Shown piece by piece: positions 19,627 to 28,468 of a DNA stretch of 64,000 nucleotides. This DNA comes from an uncultured delta proteobacterium (GTDB lineage: Bacteria > Myxococcota_A > UBA9160 > SMWR01): contig CAWHTE010000002.1 of assembly GCA_963832165.1 (NCBI GenBank), positions 288,001-352,000 on the forward strand, read 5' to 3'. Numbering within the stretch: position 1 is the first letter of the stretch; every line of letters begins with the position of its first letter. The notes below the pieces were generated by a model that worked only from the letters and a program-made list of their open reading frames with translations, had not been told where the DNA came from and searched no databases. A program made the position numbers and the translations under genes.

Positions 19627-20529
19627 ATGCGCATCGGGACCATGTTGAGCGTTTCGGATGGCTCGCTCGCCGGCGCCGTGGCCCAGGCGCGACACGCCGA
19701 GCAGAGCGGCTTCTCGACCTTCTGGCTGCCGAACATCTTCGGCCTCGACGCGATCACGGCCGCCGCGCTGATCGGCCGCGACGTCGGACGGATCGAGCTG
19801 GGGACGGCCGTGGTGCCCACCTATCCGCGCCATCCGGTCGCGCTCGCGCAGCAGGTGCTCACCGCCTCCGCCGCGACCGACGGGCGCTTCGCGCTCGGCA
19901 TCGGACTGTCCCACAAGATCGTGATCGAAGACATGTTCGGTCTCGACTACTCGAAGCCCGCGCGACACATGCGTGAGTATCTCGAGGTGCTCGCGCCGCT
20001 CTTGCGCGGCGAGCCGGTCGAGCATCGCGGCGACGAATTTCGCGTGAAGGCCTCGCTCGCCGTGCCCGGGGCAGGCCCGGTTCCGCTGCTGGTGGCCGCG
20101 CTCGGGCCCGTGATGCTCGGCCTGGCCGGGCGACTCGCCGACGGCACGATCACGTGGATGACCGGCCCGCGCACGCTCGCGGACCACGTTGCTCCCGCGA
20201 TCGGCAAGGCCGCGCGCGCGGCGGGACGCCCTGAGCCGCGCATCGTCGCGGGGCTGCCGATCGCGTTGTGCCGCGATCCGGCGGCCGCGCGCGAGGTGAT
20301 GGCGAAGGTGTTCGAGATCTACGGCATGCTGCCGTCGTACCGGGCGATGCTCGACCGCGAGGGAGCCGCCAGCCCCGCGGATGTCGGCCTCGTCGGAGAC
20401 GAGGCCGCGCTGCGCGCTCAGATCGGGCGCCTGCGCGACGCGGGTGTGACGGATTTCGATGCGGTCGTGACGCCCGTGGAAGAGGGCAGCGAGGCCCGCA
20501 CGTTCGAGTTTCTCGCGAGCCTGCGCTAG
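19627..20529 (+). CDS. LLM-class F420-dependent oxidoreductase
   Basis: ELGTAVVPTYPRHPVALAQQ, GRFALGIGLSH, VAALGPVML..AG..ADGTITWM. Confidence 0.88.
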   Translation: MRIGTMLSVSDGSLAGAVAQARHAEQSGFSTFWLPNIFGLDAITAAALIGRDVGRIELGTAVVPTYPRHPVALAQQVLTASAATDGRFALGIGLSHKIVIEDMFGLDYSKPARHMREYLEVLAPLLRGEPVEHRGDEFRVKASLAVPGAGPVPLLVAALGPVMLGLAGRLADGTITWMTGPRTLADHVAPAIGKAARAAGRPEPRIVAGLPIALCRDPAAAREVMAKVFEIYGMLPSYRAMLDREGAASPADVGLVGDEAALRAQIGRLRDAGVTDFDAVVTPVEEGSEARTFEFLASLR

Positions 20530-20538
20530 GCGAGGCGG

Positions 20539-21663
20539 GTGCCGTCCTCCGCGATGGACTTCCTGCGCGTCACCTATCGACTCGAGGGGGATCCCGCCGA
20601 GGCCGAGGCGCGCGCGGAGGCGATCGCGTTCGAGCAGACGGTCGAAGTGCCGCGCGCGGTCGCGATGCGCGAGCCATTCATCGCCCGGGAGATCGTCGGA
20701 CGGGTCGAGTCGATCGAGCCGGCGCCCGACGGCAGTCGGCTCGCCACGATCGCCTACCCCGTCGCGACGACCGCGTTCGATCCGGCCCAGCTGCTCGGGG
20801 TCCTGTTCGGAAACACTTCGCTCCGCGCCGACGTGCAGTGCGCCGACTTCGACCCTCCGGCGTCGCTGTGCGACGCGCTGCGCGGCCCGCGAATGGGGAT
20901 CGGCGGCCTGCGCGAGCTCACGGGCGTGCGCGCGCGGGCGCTGACCTGCACGGCCGTGAAGCCGATGGGCCGCTCGCCCGCGGAGCTCGCGGATCTGCTG
21001 CGCGCGTTCGCGCGCGCGGGGATCGACGTGATCAAGGACGACCAGGGCCTCGCCGACCACGAGTTCTGCCGCTTCGAGCCGCGCGTGGAGGCCTGTCTCG
21101 CCGCGGCCGAAGAGGTGGCCGCCGAGACCGGTCACCGCGCACTCTACGTTCCGAACCTGATCGGCACGCCCGAGCGCGTGTTCGCGGAGCTCGAGTTTGC
21201 ACAGAAGCGCGGCGCGCGCGCGGTAATGGTGTCGCCGATGTTGCTGGGTCTGCCGACCTTCTGGGAATTGTGTCAGCGCCGCGCGTCCGTGGCGGTGCTC
21301 GCGCACCCCTCGCACGCGGGCGCGTTGCGCTACGCGCCGGAGCTCCTGTTCGGGAAGCTCTTGCGGCTCTACGGCGCCGACGCGGTCATCTTCGTCGGCT
21401 ATGCGGGCCGCTTCGGGATCCCGCGTGCGACCTGCACCGCGATCGCCGCACACCTGCGCAATGCGTGGCACGGACTCGAGCCAAGCCTGCCGGTGCCGGG
21501 CGGCGGGATCGAGCTTTCCGACGTGCCCGAGGTAGTCCGCTTCTACGGACGCGATGCGATGCTGCTCGTAGGCGGCAGCCTCCAGCTCGAGCCGGGGCAG
21601 CTGCTCGAGCGCAGCCGCGCGTTCGCCGACGCGGTGCGCGAGGCGTCGTCAGCTCTCCGATGA
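20539..21663 (+). CDS. RuBisCO-like protein (form IV RLP)
   Basis: IAFEQTVE, FGNTSL, TAVKPMG, GIDVIKDDQGL, LAHPS, GRF, PVPGGG, LVGGSL. Confidence 0.9.
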   Translation: MPSSAMDFLRVTYRLEGDPAEAEARAEAIAFEQTVEVPRAVAMREPFIAREIVGRVESIEPAPDGSRLATIAYPVATTAFDPAQLLGVLFGNTSLRADVQCADFDPPASLCDALRGPRMGIGGLRELTGVRARALTCTAVKPMGRSPAELADLLRAFARAGIDVIKDDQGLADHEFCRFEPRVEACLAAAEEVAAETGHRALYVPNLIGTPERVFAELEFAQKRGARAVMVSPMLLGLPTFWELCQRRASVAVLAHPSHAGALRYAPELLFGKLLRLYGADAVIFVGYAGRFGIPRATCTAIAAHLRNAWHGLEPSLPVPGGGIELSDVPEVVRFYGRDAMLLVGGSLQLEPGQLLERSRAFADAVREASSALR

Positions 21664-22943
21664 GTACCGCGACAGCCACAAGAGTCGTTCCGCTCCGGCC
21701 GCAGCGGACGGCTCTGATCGCGCTCTGCTTTGCGGCCGTGTTCATCTGTTACATCGACCGCGTGAACATCTCGCTCGCGATCGTCGCGATGACGCGCGAG
21801 TTCGGTTGGAGCAAGACGACGAGCGGATTCGTGATGTCGTCGTTCTTCATCGGATATCTGCTCACGCAGGTGCCCGGCGGCGCGCTCGCGGGGCGGTTCG
21901 GCGGCAAGCACGTGCTCGCGGGCGGCGTGATCCTGTGGTCGCTGTTCACGGCGCTGACGCCGCCCGCGGCCTACCTCGGCTTCGGTGCGCTCGTCGCCGC
22001 GCGCATCCTCATGGGAATGGGCGAGGGCGTCACGTTCCCGTCCATCTATGCGCTGTTCGCGCGCTGGGTGCCCGCGCGGCGTCGCTCGCGTGCTGTCGCA
22101 CTCGTGTTCAGCGCGATCCCGCTCGGCATCGTGTGCGCGCAGCTCGCGACGCCCGTGCTCGTGACGAGCTTCGGCTGGCCGTGGGCGTTCTACGGGTTCG
22201 CAGCGCTCGGGCTCGTCTGGTGGGCGGCGTGGCAGCCGCTCACGGCCTCGAGCCCCGCCGCACATCCGCGCGTGGGCGAGGCGGAGCTCGCAGAGCTCGC
22301 GGAAGATTCCGCACCGGTGGCTCCCGGAACCGGGCCGCCGGCGCGCGCGTTGCTCGGCAGCGCCGCGGTGTGGGCGATCGTGGTCGGGCACTTCTGCAAC
22401 AACTGGGCCGGCTACGTGATGCTGTCGTGGGGGCCGTTCTACCTGCTCGAGCGCTTCGGCGTCGACTTTCACGCAATCGGTCTCTACGTGATGGTGCCCT
22501 CGCTCGTGTCGTTCCTGTGCCTGAACGGCGCCGGCGCGATCGGCGACGCGCTGATCGCGCGCGGTCTGCGCGTGGTCACCGTGCGCAAGCTCATGCAGAC
22601 GATCGGCGCCGGCGGCACGTCTGCGGCGCTGCTGGTGCTGACGCAGGTGCAGACCGCGGAGGGCGCCGTCGTCTTGATGTGCATCAGCAGCCTGTTCGGC
22701 GCCGCCGTTGCCGCGGGCTTCGCGTGCAATCACCTCGACATCGCGCCGCGGCACGCGGGCGCGCTCATGGGGCTCTCGAACACCGCTGGGACGATTCCCG
22801 GGGTGATCGGCGTGACGGTCAGCGGCTGGCTCGTCGACGTCACGGGATCGTGGTCGATCGTGTTCGTCGTCGCCGCCGCGATCAAGCTGCTGGGGCTCGC
22901 CTTCTTCCTGGTGTTCGCGAAGGGCGAGAAGCAGTTCGACTAG
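21660..22943 (+). CDS. MFS transporter, anion:cation symporter (SLC17-like) family
   Basis: ICYIDRVNIS, SSFFIGYLLTQVPGG, GEGVTFP, NHLDIAPRHAGALMGLSNTAGTIPG. Confidence 0.9.
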   Translation: MSTATATRVVPLRPQRTALIALCFAAVFICYIDRVNISLAIVAMTREFGWSKTTSGFVMSSFFIGYLLTQVPGGALAGRFGGKHVLAGGVILWSLFTALTPPAAYLGFGALVAARILMGMGEGVTFPSIYALFARWVPARRRSRAVALVFSAIPLGIVCAQLATPVLVTSFGWPWAFYGFAALGLVWWAAWQPLTASSPAAHPRVGEAELAELAEDSAPVAPGTGPPARALLGSAAVWAIVVGHFCNNWAGYVMLSWGPFYLLERFGVDFHAIGLYVMVPSLVSFLCLNGAGAIGDALIARGLRVVTVRKLMQTIGAGGTSAALLVLTQVQTAEGAVVLMCISSLFGAAVAAGFACNHLDIAPRHAGALMGLSNTAGTIPGVIGVTVSGWLVDVTGSWSIVFVVAAAIKLLGLAFFLVFAKGEKQFD

Positions 22944-23422
22944 CGCTCGATCTCGATCAGCACCACGGGCCGCGGCGTCACCCACTGCTTCAGCCACGCA
23001 ACCACGGGACCCCGCAGCGCGCCGCGCGCGAGTGACTGCGCGAAGCCGACGGGTGCCAGGGGTACGAAGGGCATCTCGCTGGCGAGCGCGTGCTTGCGCT
23101 CGACGTCGTCCACGATCTCGGCGCGGCCGGCCACCTTCTCGCCGCGCGACGTGAGCTCGACGTCGGGGCACGCCTCGAGGTTGCGGATCCACGCCGAGCG
23201 GCGCGCGTAGGTGGAGACCACGAGCACGCGGTTGCCGTCGCGCGCACACGGCAGCAACACCTCGCGCGGCAGGCCCGTCTTGCGCCCGCGCGTCGTCAGC
23301 AGCACCCAGTGGGGTGACCGCTCGACGTCGCTGCGGAACATCGAGACGATCGCTTCCTGAGGCGGGCGGATCGCGCGCGCGATGAAGTGCAGGTGTGCGG
23401 CCCAGGGCTCTTCGGCTTGCAT
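22940..23422 (-). CDS. Deazaflavin (F420)-dependent nitroreductase family protein
   Basis: LLTTRGRKTGLPR, AWIRNLEACPDV; RBS GGAGGAG. Confidence 0.8.
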   Translation of the reverse strand: MQAEEPWAAHLHFIARAIRPPQEAIVSMFRSDVERSPHWVLLTTRGRKTGLPREVLLPCARDGNRVLVVSTYARRSAWIRNLEACPDVELTSRGEKVAGRAEIVDDVERKHALASEMPFVPLAPVGFAQSLARGALRGPVVAWLKQWVTPRPVVLIEIER

Positions 23423-23439
23423 TTGATCTCCTCCCATCG

Positions 23440-24081
23440 CTACTCGGCGGCGCGGTCCACCATGCTCATCACGTCGTTCGACGCGCTCCCCGGCGCGGCC
23501 ACTTCCTGCACCGGGTCGTCCGTGTCGTCGTACTCGAGGCGCAGCGCGCGGCTCATCGTCGCGTGCATGTCGTAGGTGCAGGTGATGTACGTGAGCTCGA
23601 GGATCTCGACGTCGCTGAGCTCGGCCTTGAGCGCGTCGAAGACGCCGTCGGGCACGCGACCGCTCTCCAGGACGAGGCAATCGGTGTAGGCGAGAACGGC
23701 GCGCTCGACGGGCGAAAAGCAGGTAGCGACCGACCACGACTTGATCGCCTCGACCTGCTCTTCACTCAAGCCGACCGAGCGTGCAGCCTTGCAATGCTGC
23801 GAGAAGACGAACTTGCTGCCGCGCGCGTACCCGGCGCGCAGCTGTCCGAGCTCGCGAAGCCTGGGCGAGAGCTTCCGCCGGCTGCTCCGGTAGAACGCGA
23901 AGCCCTGCACGGCGTGGTCGAAGCAGTCGGGGACGTTCGCGAACACGGTCCACCAGTTGCCGGGTGTCCCCGTCGCGGTGCCGGGCGACGCGACCGGGTC
24001 GCGGTCGCCGAAGATCAGCTCGTAGAGCTTCTTGCCGTTCGGGTGCACCTCGTGGAGCGGGATCTGTCGGAGGCGGGGCAC
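23440..24081 (-). CDS. Carboxymuconolactone decarboxylase / AhpD-family protein
   Basis: LSPRLRELGQLRAG...FVFSQH, FSPVERAVLAYTD. Confidence 0.8.
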   Translation of the reverse strand: MPRLRQIPLHEVHPNGKKLYELIFGDRDPVASPGTATGTPGNWWTVFANVPDCFDHAVQGFAFYRSSRRKLSPRLRELGQLRAGYARGSKFVFSQHCKAARSVGLSEEQVEAIKSWSVATCFSPVERAVLAYTDCLVLESGRVPDGVFDALKAELSDVEILELTYITCTYDMHATMSRALRLEYDDTDDPVQEVAAPGSASNDVMSMVDRAAE

Positions 24082-24091
24082 GGGTTCTCCT

Positions 24092-25306
24092 TCAGCGGTG
24101 GAGGGGAGCGTCGGCTTCGAGCAGCGCGCGCCCGGACTGCTCGGCGGCGAGATCGACGTCGAAGATCGTGTGTGCGCTGATCATCTGCACGTCGCGCAGG
24201 ATGCGCTGCAGCTCGTGGTCGAGGAAGTGCACGCTGGCACCGCTGCCATCGACGACGTCGCGCACCACGCTGCGGGCGTCGCGGACGACGTGCGCGAGCG
24301 TGAGGCGGAGCTGGAGCTGATCGAGCGGAGATAGCTCGCGGCCGCCGCGCGCGTGATCCGTCACGTCGCGAGCGACCGAGCGCAGCACGATCTCGGCCGC
24401 GCGTGCCTTCGCAAGCGCGTTGGCCAGGCGCATCTGGCCCGCCGCTCGCTGGCTCTGCAGCTTGTTCGTGCCGAACGGCACGCGCTCGCGGAGCAGGCGG
24501 CCGAACAGCTCGACGGATCGACGCGCCGCGCCCAGCGCGGGAATCGCCGCAGTGAGGGCGAGCATCGGCAGGACGGGGATGCGCACGAGGTAGGGCGCGT
24601 CGCGGCCCGCGCGCAGTGCCGGCGGCTCGCGCAGCGAGACGTGCGACTCCGGGACGAGCACGGCACGGGCGATGATGTCGTGGCTCCCGGTCGCGACCAT
24701 GCCGTCGACGTGCCAGGTGTCCTTCACCTCGATGGCGCCGGGACGCACCAGGAACATGCGCGGCGGCGCGTCCGGCTCCGTCGTCACGCGCGCGGAGAGC
24801 AACACCCAGTCCGCGTGCACGATCCCGGTGCCGAACTTCCAGTTCCCGCTGAGCTCGTAGCCGTCGCCCTTCGGCGTCGCGGTGCCTTCCTTCGGATTCA
24901 CGAGGCCGGGCGCGAGAACGTATGGCTGCCGCGAGAACACCTCCTCCTGCAGTGCGGGGGAGAATGTCTGGAGCAGCCAGTTGTGCTCCATGTAGAAGGT
25001 GGTGATCCAGCCCGTGGACGGACAGGCCTCGCTCACGGCGAGACCGACGTCGACGAACAGGTCGAGGTCGATCTCGTAGCCGCCGAAGCGCCGCGGCACG
25101 AAGGAGCGGAACACGCCCGTGGCCTCGAGCGCCTCGATCACGTCGTCGTCGGGCTTGCGCTGCTGCTCGGCGTCGAAGGCGCGCTCGGCGATGAGCGGCA
25201 CGATCGCGCGGACGCGGTCGAGCAGACCCTCGATGGGAAGTGTGGCTTCGGGGCTCTGGTGAAGCACGTTCGCGGCGTCATACAACGTGTGGGACCTGTC
25301 GGTCAA
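24092..25306 (-). CDS. Acyl-CoA-dehydrogenase-fold flavin monooxygenase (HsaA-like)
   Basis: PRRFGG, CPSTGW, SGNWKFGTGIVHADW, DTWHVDGMVATGSHD, LQRILRD. Confidence 0.85.
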   Translation of the reverse strand: MTDRSHTLYDAANVLHQSPEATLPIEGLLDRVRAIVPLIAERAFDAEQQRKPDDDVIEALEATGVFRSFVPRRFGGYEIDLDLFVDVGLAVSEACPSTGWITTFYMEHNWLLQTFSPALQEEVFSRQPYVLAPGLVNPKEGTATPKGDGYELSGNWKFGTGIVHADWVLLSARVTTEPDAPPRMFLVRPGAIEVKDTWHVDGMVATGSHDIIARAVLVPESHVSLREPPALRAGRDAPYLVRIPVLPMLALTAAIPALGAARRSVELFGRLLRERVPFGTNKLQSQRAAGQMRLANALAKARAAEIVLRSVARDVTDHARGGRELSPLDQLQLRLTLAHVVRDARSVVRDVVDGSGASVHFLDHELQRILRDVQMISAHTIFDVDLAAEQSGRALLEADAPLHR

Positions 25307-25313
25307 CTGATTC

Positions 25314-27602
25314 CTAGAGCAACCCGAGCTGGCGCGGCTCGCCGAGCGCGTCCTCGCTGTGGAGCCCGAGCGGTTCGAGGATCGCCTCGGCGATCGGGCG
25401 CAGCACGCGCTCGACGTAGTGCGCGCGATCGATGCCGGGCGGCAAGGTTTGGCCGTGGAACACGGGCTCGGGACCGCTCGCGGTGATCACGTAGCGCACG
25501 AGCGGCCCCGCGCGCGCGCCCGCCTTGCGCGCAGCCTGGACGTGCGGCGGCGTTGCGCTCGTGTAGCGGTCGAGCGATCCCTTTCGCACCCGCTTGGCGT
25601 ACACGAGTTCGCTGTCGAGCTCTCCGCGGCGCACGGCCTCCACGACCTCGCGGAAGAACGGCAGCAGCGGGGCATCCGTGAACGCGCGCTCGAGCATGCC
25701 GCGCTGCAGTCGCCGCGCGGCGGCGGGCCAGTCGCGGCGCACCGACTCGAGCCCCACCACGTCGAGCTGTCCGTCGCGCCACCCCGCATAGCGCTTCTTG
25801 CTGCCCGAGCGGCCGCTGCGCACGCGAGGCATGAAGAAGCGCTCGTAGATGCCCTCGAGCTCGAGCTCCAGATGGGACTCGACGCGGTAGGCACTGCGCA
25901 CGTGCCCGGCGATCTCTTCCTGCACGTGATCGCGCAGCCGCTGTGCCTGCGCGCCTGGATCGCCACCTCGCGCGTCGAGCCGCACGAACACCGAGTCCGT
26001 GTCGCCGTAGATCACGGGCACGCCCGCGGCCTCGAATGCGTCGCGCGTGCGGTGCAGGATCTCCTGGCCGAACCCGGTGATTGCGTTCGCGATCGCCGGG
26101 TCGAAGAACCGGCACGAGGCGGCGCCGAGCACGCCGAACAGCGCGTTCATCATGATCTTGATCGCCTGATCGGCGTGGCGATCGCCGCGCGCCTTCGCAG
26201 CCGCGCGGCTCGCCATGAAGCGCTCGATCACGCCGGGCAGGATCGCGCCCTCGCGCGCGAAGCGCGCGCCGCCGGGCGCCTCGATCGCGTCTTTGCCTGC
26301 GAGTGCGTGCGCGAGGGGATCGAGCTGGAACGTGCGGATCAGGCTCGGATACAGGCTCTTGAAGTCGAACACCGCGACGTCCGGGAACATGCCCGGAACC
26401 GAGTCGAGCACGGCGCCGCCCTGAACGAGCGCCGCCTTGCGCTCCGGATCCACGCTCGGCGCGGCGAAGCCGCGCTTGCGCAGCTCCGGCAGATAGAGCC
26501 GATCGAACGAGGCGATGCTCGCGCCCACGCGGTCGAGCGGCATGCCCGAGAGCAGGCTGCGCTCCACGGCGAGCGAGACCAGGTCTTCGTGCGCGAGGAT
26601 GTCGAGCACGAGACGCGCGTCCTCGCGGTTGTAGGCGACGAGCGCCGCGGGGTCCTCGCGGTACATGCGCTCGATCTCGGCCGCGGGATCGGCGACCTCC
26701 GCGATCTTCTTGCCGCGGCCGACCAGCTCCTTCCCGACGGCGCCGAGCCGATAGTCGTCGAGGCGCAGCGCATCGCGCACGAGCGCGAGTCCATCGATCA
26801 CCACGCGTCCCGGCACGAGAGCGCGCGCCTCGCGCGTGAATCCGAGCTCCTGCTGGAACAGGATGTCGCCCGCGACGCGGCCGAGCGCGAGCGGCTTGCG
26901 GAGCGCCTCGCAGCGCTGCGCCCACACGCGCAGATCGAAGTCGACGACGTTCCAGCCCGTGATCACGTCGGGATCGATCTCGCGGATCCGCTGCGCAGCG
27001 GCCGCGACCAGCGCGCGCTCGTCGCGGTGCGCGATCGCGCCGGCCACCTCGCCGCGACCCGAGAGGTGCACCTCGTCTACGCCGTCACCGACGAGCGCGA
27101 TGGACCAGATCTCGCGCGCATGGGGCTCGGTCTCGAGGTCGATCGACAGGACGCGCAGGGTCGGGTGCACGTCGGCGGGCGCGAGGTCGGGGTTGGCGAA
27201 GCGGATCAGCCCGCCGCACTGTGCGCCCGGTCCTTCGATCGCTATTCCCGCGCGCAGTCCCGCGTCGATCAGGTAGCGGTAGGGGAAGCGCACGTCCGCC
27301 TCGAACGTGGGCCGACCCGCGCGTGCCACCTGATCGCGCAGGGCCGGTACCGCACCGGGCACGGGCACCTCCACGCGCGCGAGCGCGTTGCCGGCCCAGT
27401 CGCGCAGCTCGCTCGCGTGCAGCGTTGCGCGCTCGTCGCCGCGCAGCAGATCGGCATCCGCGGCGCGGATGAAGAAGTATGGGCGGAAGCGGTCGTCCTC
27501 GATCTGGAACGGGCGTCCGTCATCGAGCCGCCCGTAGAGCTGCACCACCGGAACCCCCTCGCGCACGCGATAGGTCGGCTGGAGCAGGAATCCGGTGGGC
27601 AA
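25314..27602 (-). CDS. polB: DNA polymerase II (family B)
   Basis: ExoI SIDLET, ExoII GWNVVDFD, ExoIII YNREDA, DFKSLYPS, KIMMNALFG, YGDTDS, KKRY. Start placed at TTG 27602. Confidence 0.92.
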   Translation of the reverse strand: MPTGFLLQPTYRVREGVPVVQLYGRLDDGRPFQIEDDRFRPYFFIRAADADLLRGDERATLHASELRDWAGNALARVEVPVPGAVPALRDQVARAGRPTFEADVRFPYRYLIDAGLRAGIAIEGPGAQCGGLIRFANPDLAPADVHPTLRVLSIDLETEPHAREIWSIALVGDGVDEVHLSGRGEVAGAIAHRDERALVAAAAQRIREIDPDVITGWNVVDFDLRVWAQRCEALRKPLALGRVAGDILFQQELGFTREARALVPGRVVIDGLALVRDALRLDDYRLGAVGKELVGRGKKIAEVADPAAEIERMYREDPAALVAYNREDARLVLDILAHEDLVSLAVERSLLSGMPLDRVGASIASFDRLYLPELRKRGFAAPSVDPERKAALVQGGAVLDSVPGMFPDVAVFDFKSLYPSLIRTFQLDPLAHALAGKDAIEAPGGARFAREGAILPGVIERFMASRAAAKARGDRHADQAIKIMMNALFGVLGAASCRFFDPAIANAITGFGQEILHRTRDAFEAAGVPVIYGDTDSVFVRLDARGGDPGAQAQRLRDHVQEEIAGHVRSAYRVESHLELELEGIYERFFMPRVRSGRSGSKKRYAGWRDGQLDVVGLESVRRDWPAAARRLQRGMLERAFTDAPLLPFFREVVEAVRRGELDSELVYAKRVRKGSLDRYTSATPPHVQAARKAGARAGPLVRYVITASGPEPVFHGQTLPPGIDRAHYVERVLRPIAEAILEPLGLHSEDALGEPRQLGLL

Positions 27603-27623
27603 GCGCGCAGTCTCCCGGGAAGC

Positions 27624-27661
27624 AGGAGTGGAACGTGGCGATTTGGTGACGGTTTCGGGAC
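27624..27661 (-). promoter_or_regulatory. Pho-box-like 11-bp periodic array between polB and phoB
   Basis: Minus strand reads GTCCC-N6-GTCAC-N6-GCCAC-N6-CTCCT. Confidence 0.5.
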
Positions 27662-27727
27662 TCTTCTCGGAACTCGTGCACGCCCGGGTTCTCCGGGGGG
27701 TGCCGACCACGATAGCCTCTGCCGCCA

Positions 27728-28411
27728 ATGGGACAGCACATCCTCGTCGTCGATGACGAGCCGGATCTCCTCGAGCTCGTCCGCGTCAACCTCTCGCAGG
27801 CCGGCTTCGAAGTGGAGACGGCCGAGACGGGCCGCCAGGCACTCGAGCGCGTGCGGCGTTCGGCGCCGGATCTCCTGATCCTGGACCTGATGCTGCCCGA
27901 CCTTTCCGGCACCGAGGTGTGTCGCCATCTGCGGGCCGATTCCAGCCTCGGCGAGATCCCGATCATCATGCTCACCGCGCGCGCCGACGAGGTCGATCGC
28001 GTGGTGGGCCTCGAGATCGGTGCGGACGACTACGTGACCAAGCCGTTCAGCCCGCGCGAGCTCACGCTGCGCGTGCGCGCCGTGTTGCGCCGCCGTCAGC
28101 CCGCGGGCGCGGGCGGTGTGCAGGTGCTCGAGCGCGCGGAGCTGCGACTCGACCCGGAGCGGCACCGCTGCTTCGTGGAGCAGACGGAGATCGAGCTCAC
28201 CGCGAAGGAATTCGCGCTGCTGCACGGTCTGATGATGCGGCCGGGCCGCGTGATGACGCGCGAGCAGCTGCTCGACGACGTCTGGGGCACCGACATCGCC
28301 GTGACCACGCGCACGATCGACACCCACCTCAAGCGCCTGCGCGAGAAGCTCGGAGCGGCGAGCCACCTGATCGAAACCGTGCGCGGCGTGGGATATCGCT
28401 TCTCGGAGTAG
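27728..28411 (+). CDS. phoB: OmpR/PhoB-family response regulator, probable PhoB
   Basis: VVDDE, LILDLMLP, KPFS, RTIDTHLKRLREKLG..IETVRGVGY; paired with a PhoR-like kinase near the pst cluster. Confidence 0.8.
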   Translation: MGQHILVVDDEPDLLELVRVNLSQAGFEVETAETGRQALERVRRSAPDLLILDLMLPDLSGTEVCRHLRADSSLGEIPIIMLTARADEVDRVVGLEIGADDYVTKPFSPRELTLRVRAVLRRRQPAGAGGVQVLERAELRLDPERHRCFVEQTEIELTAKEFALLHGLMMRPGRVMTREQLLDDVWGTDIAVTTRTIDTHLKRLREKLGAASHLIETVRGVGYRFSE

Positions 28412-28468
28412 CGACCCGCCGCGCGGTCGCGCAAGCTGTCCGCGCATTCGCCATTTCCGGGGTGCCCG

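Noticed and set aside
20539..21663. Carbon-fixing RuBisCO
   Set aside because: Lacks the KDDE Glu and loop-6 Lys, is short, and has no small subunit or phosphoribulokinase gene nearby.
25314..27602. Family B polymerase as a marker of a prophage or pipolin
   Set aside because: Motifs and size fit cellular DNA Pol II; no integrase, capsid gene or terminal repeats.
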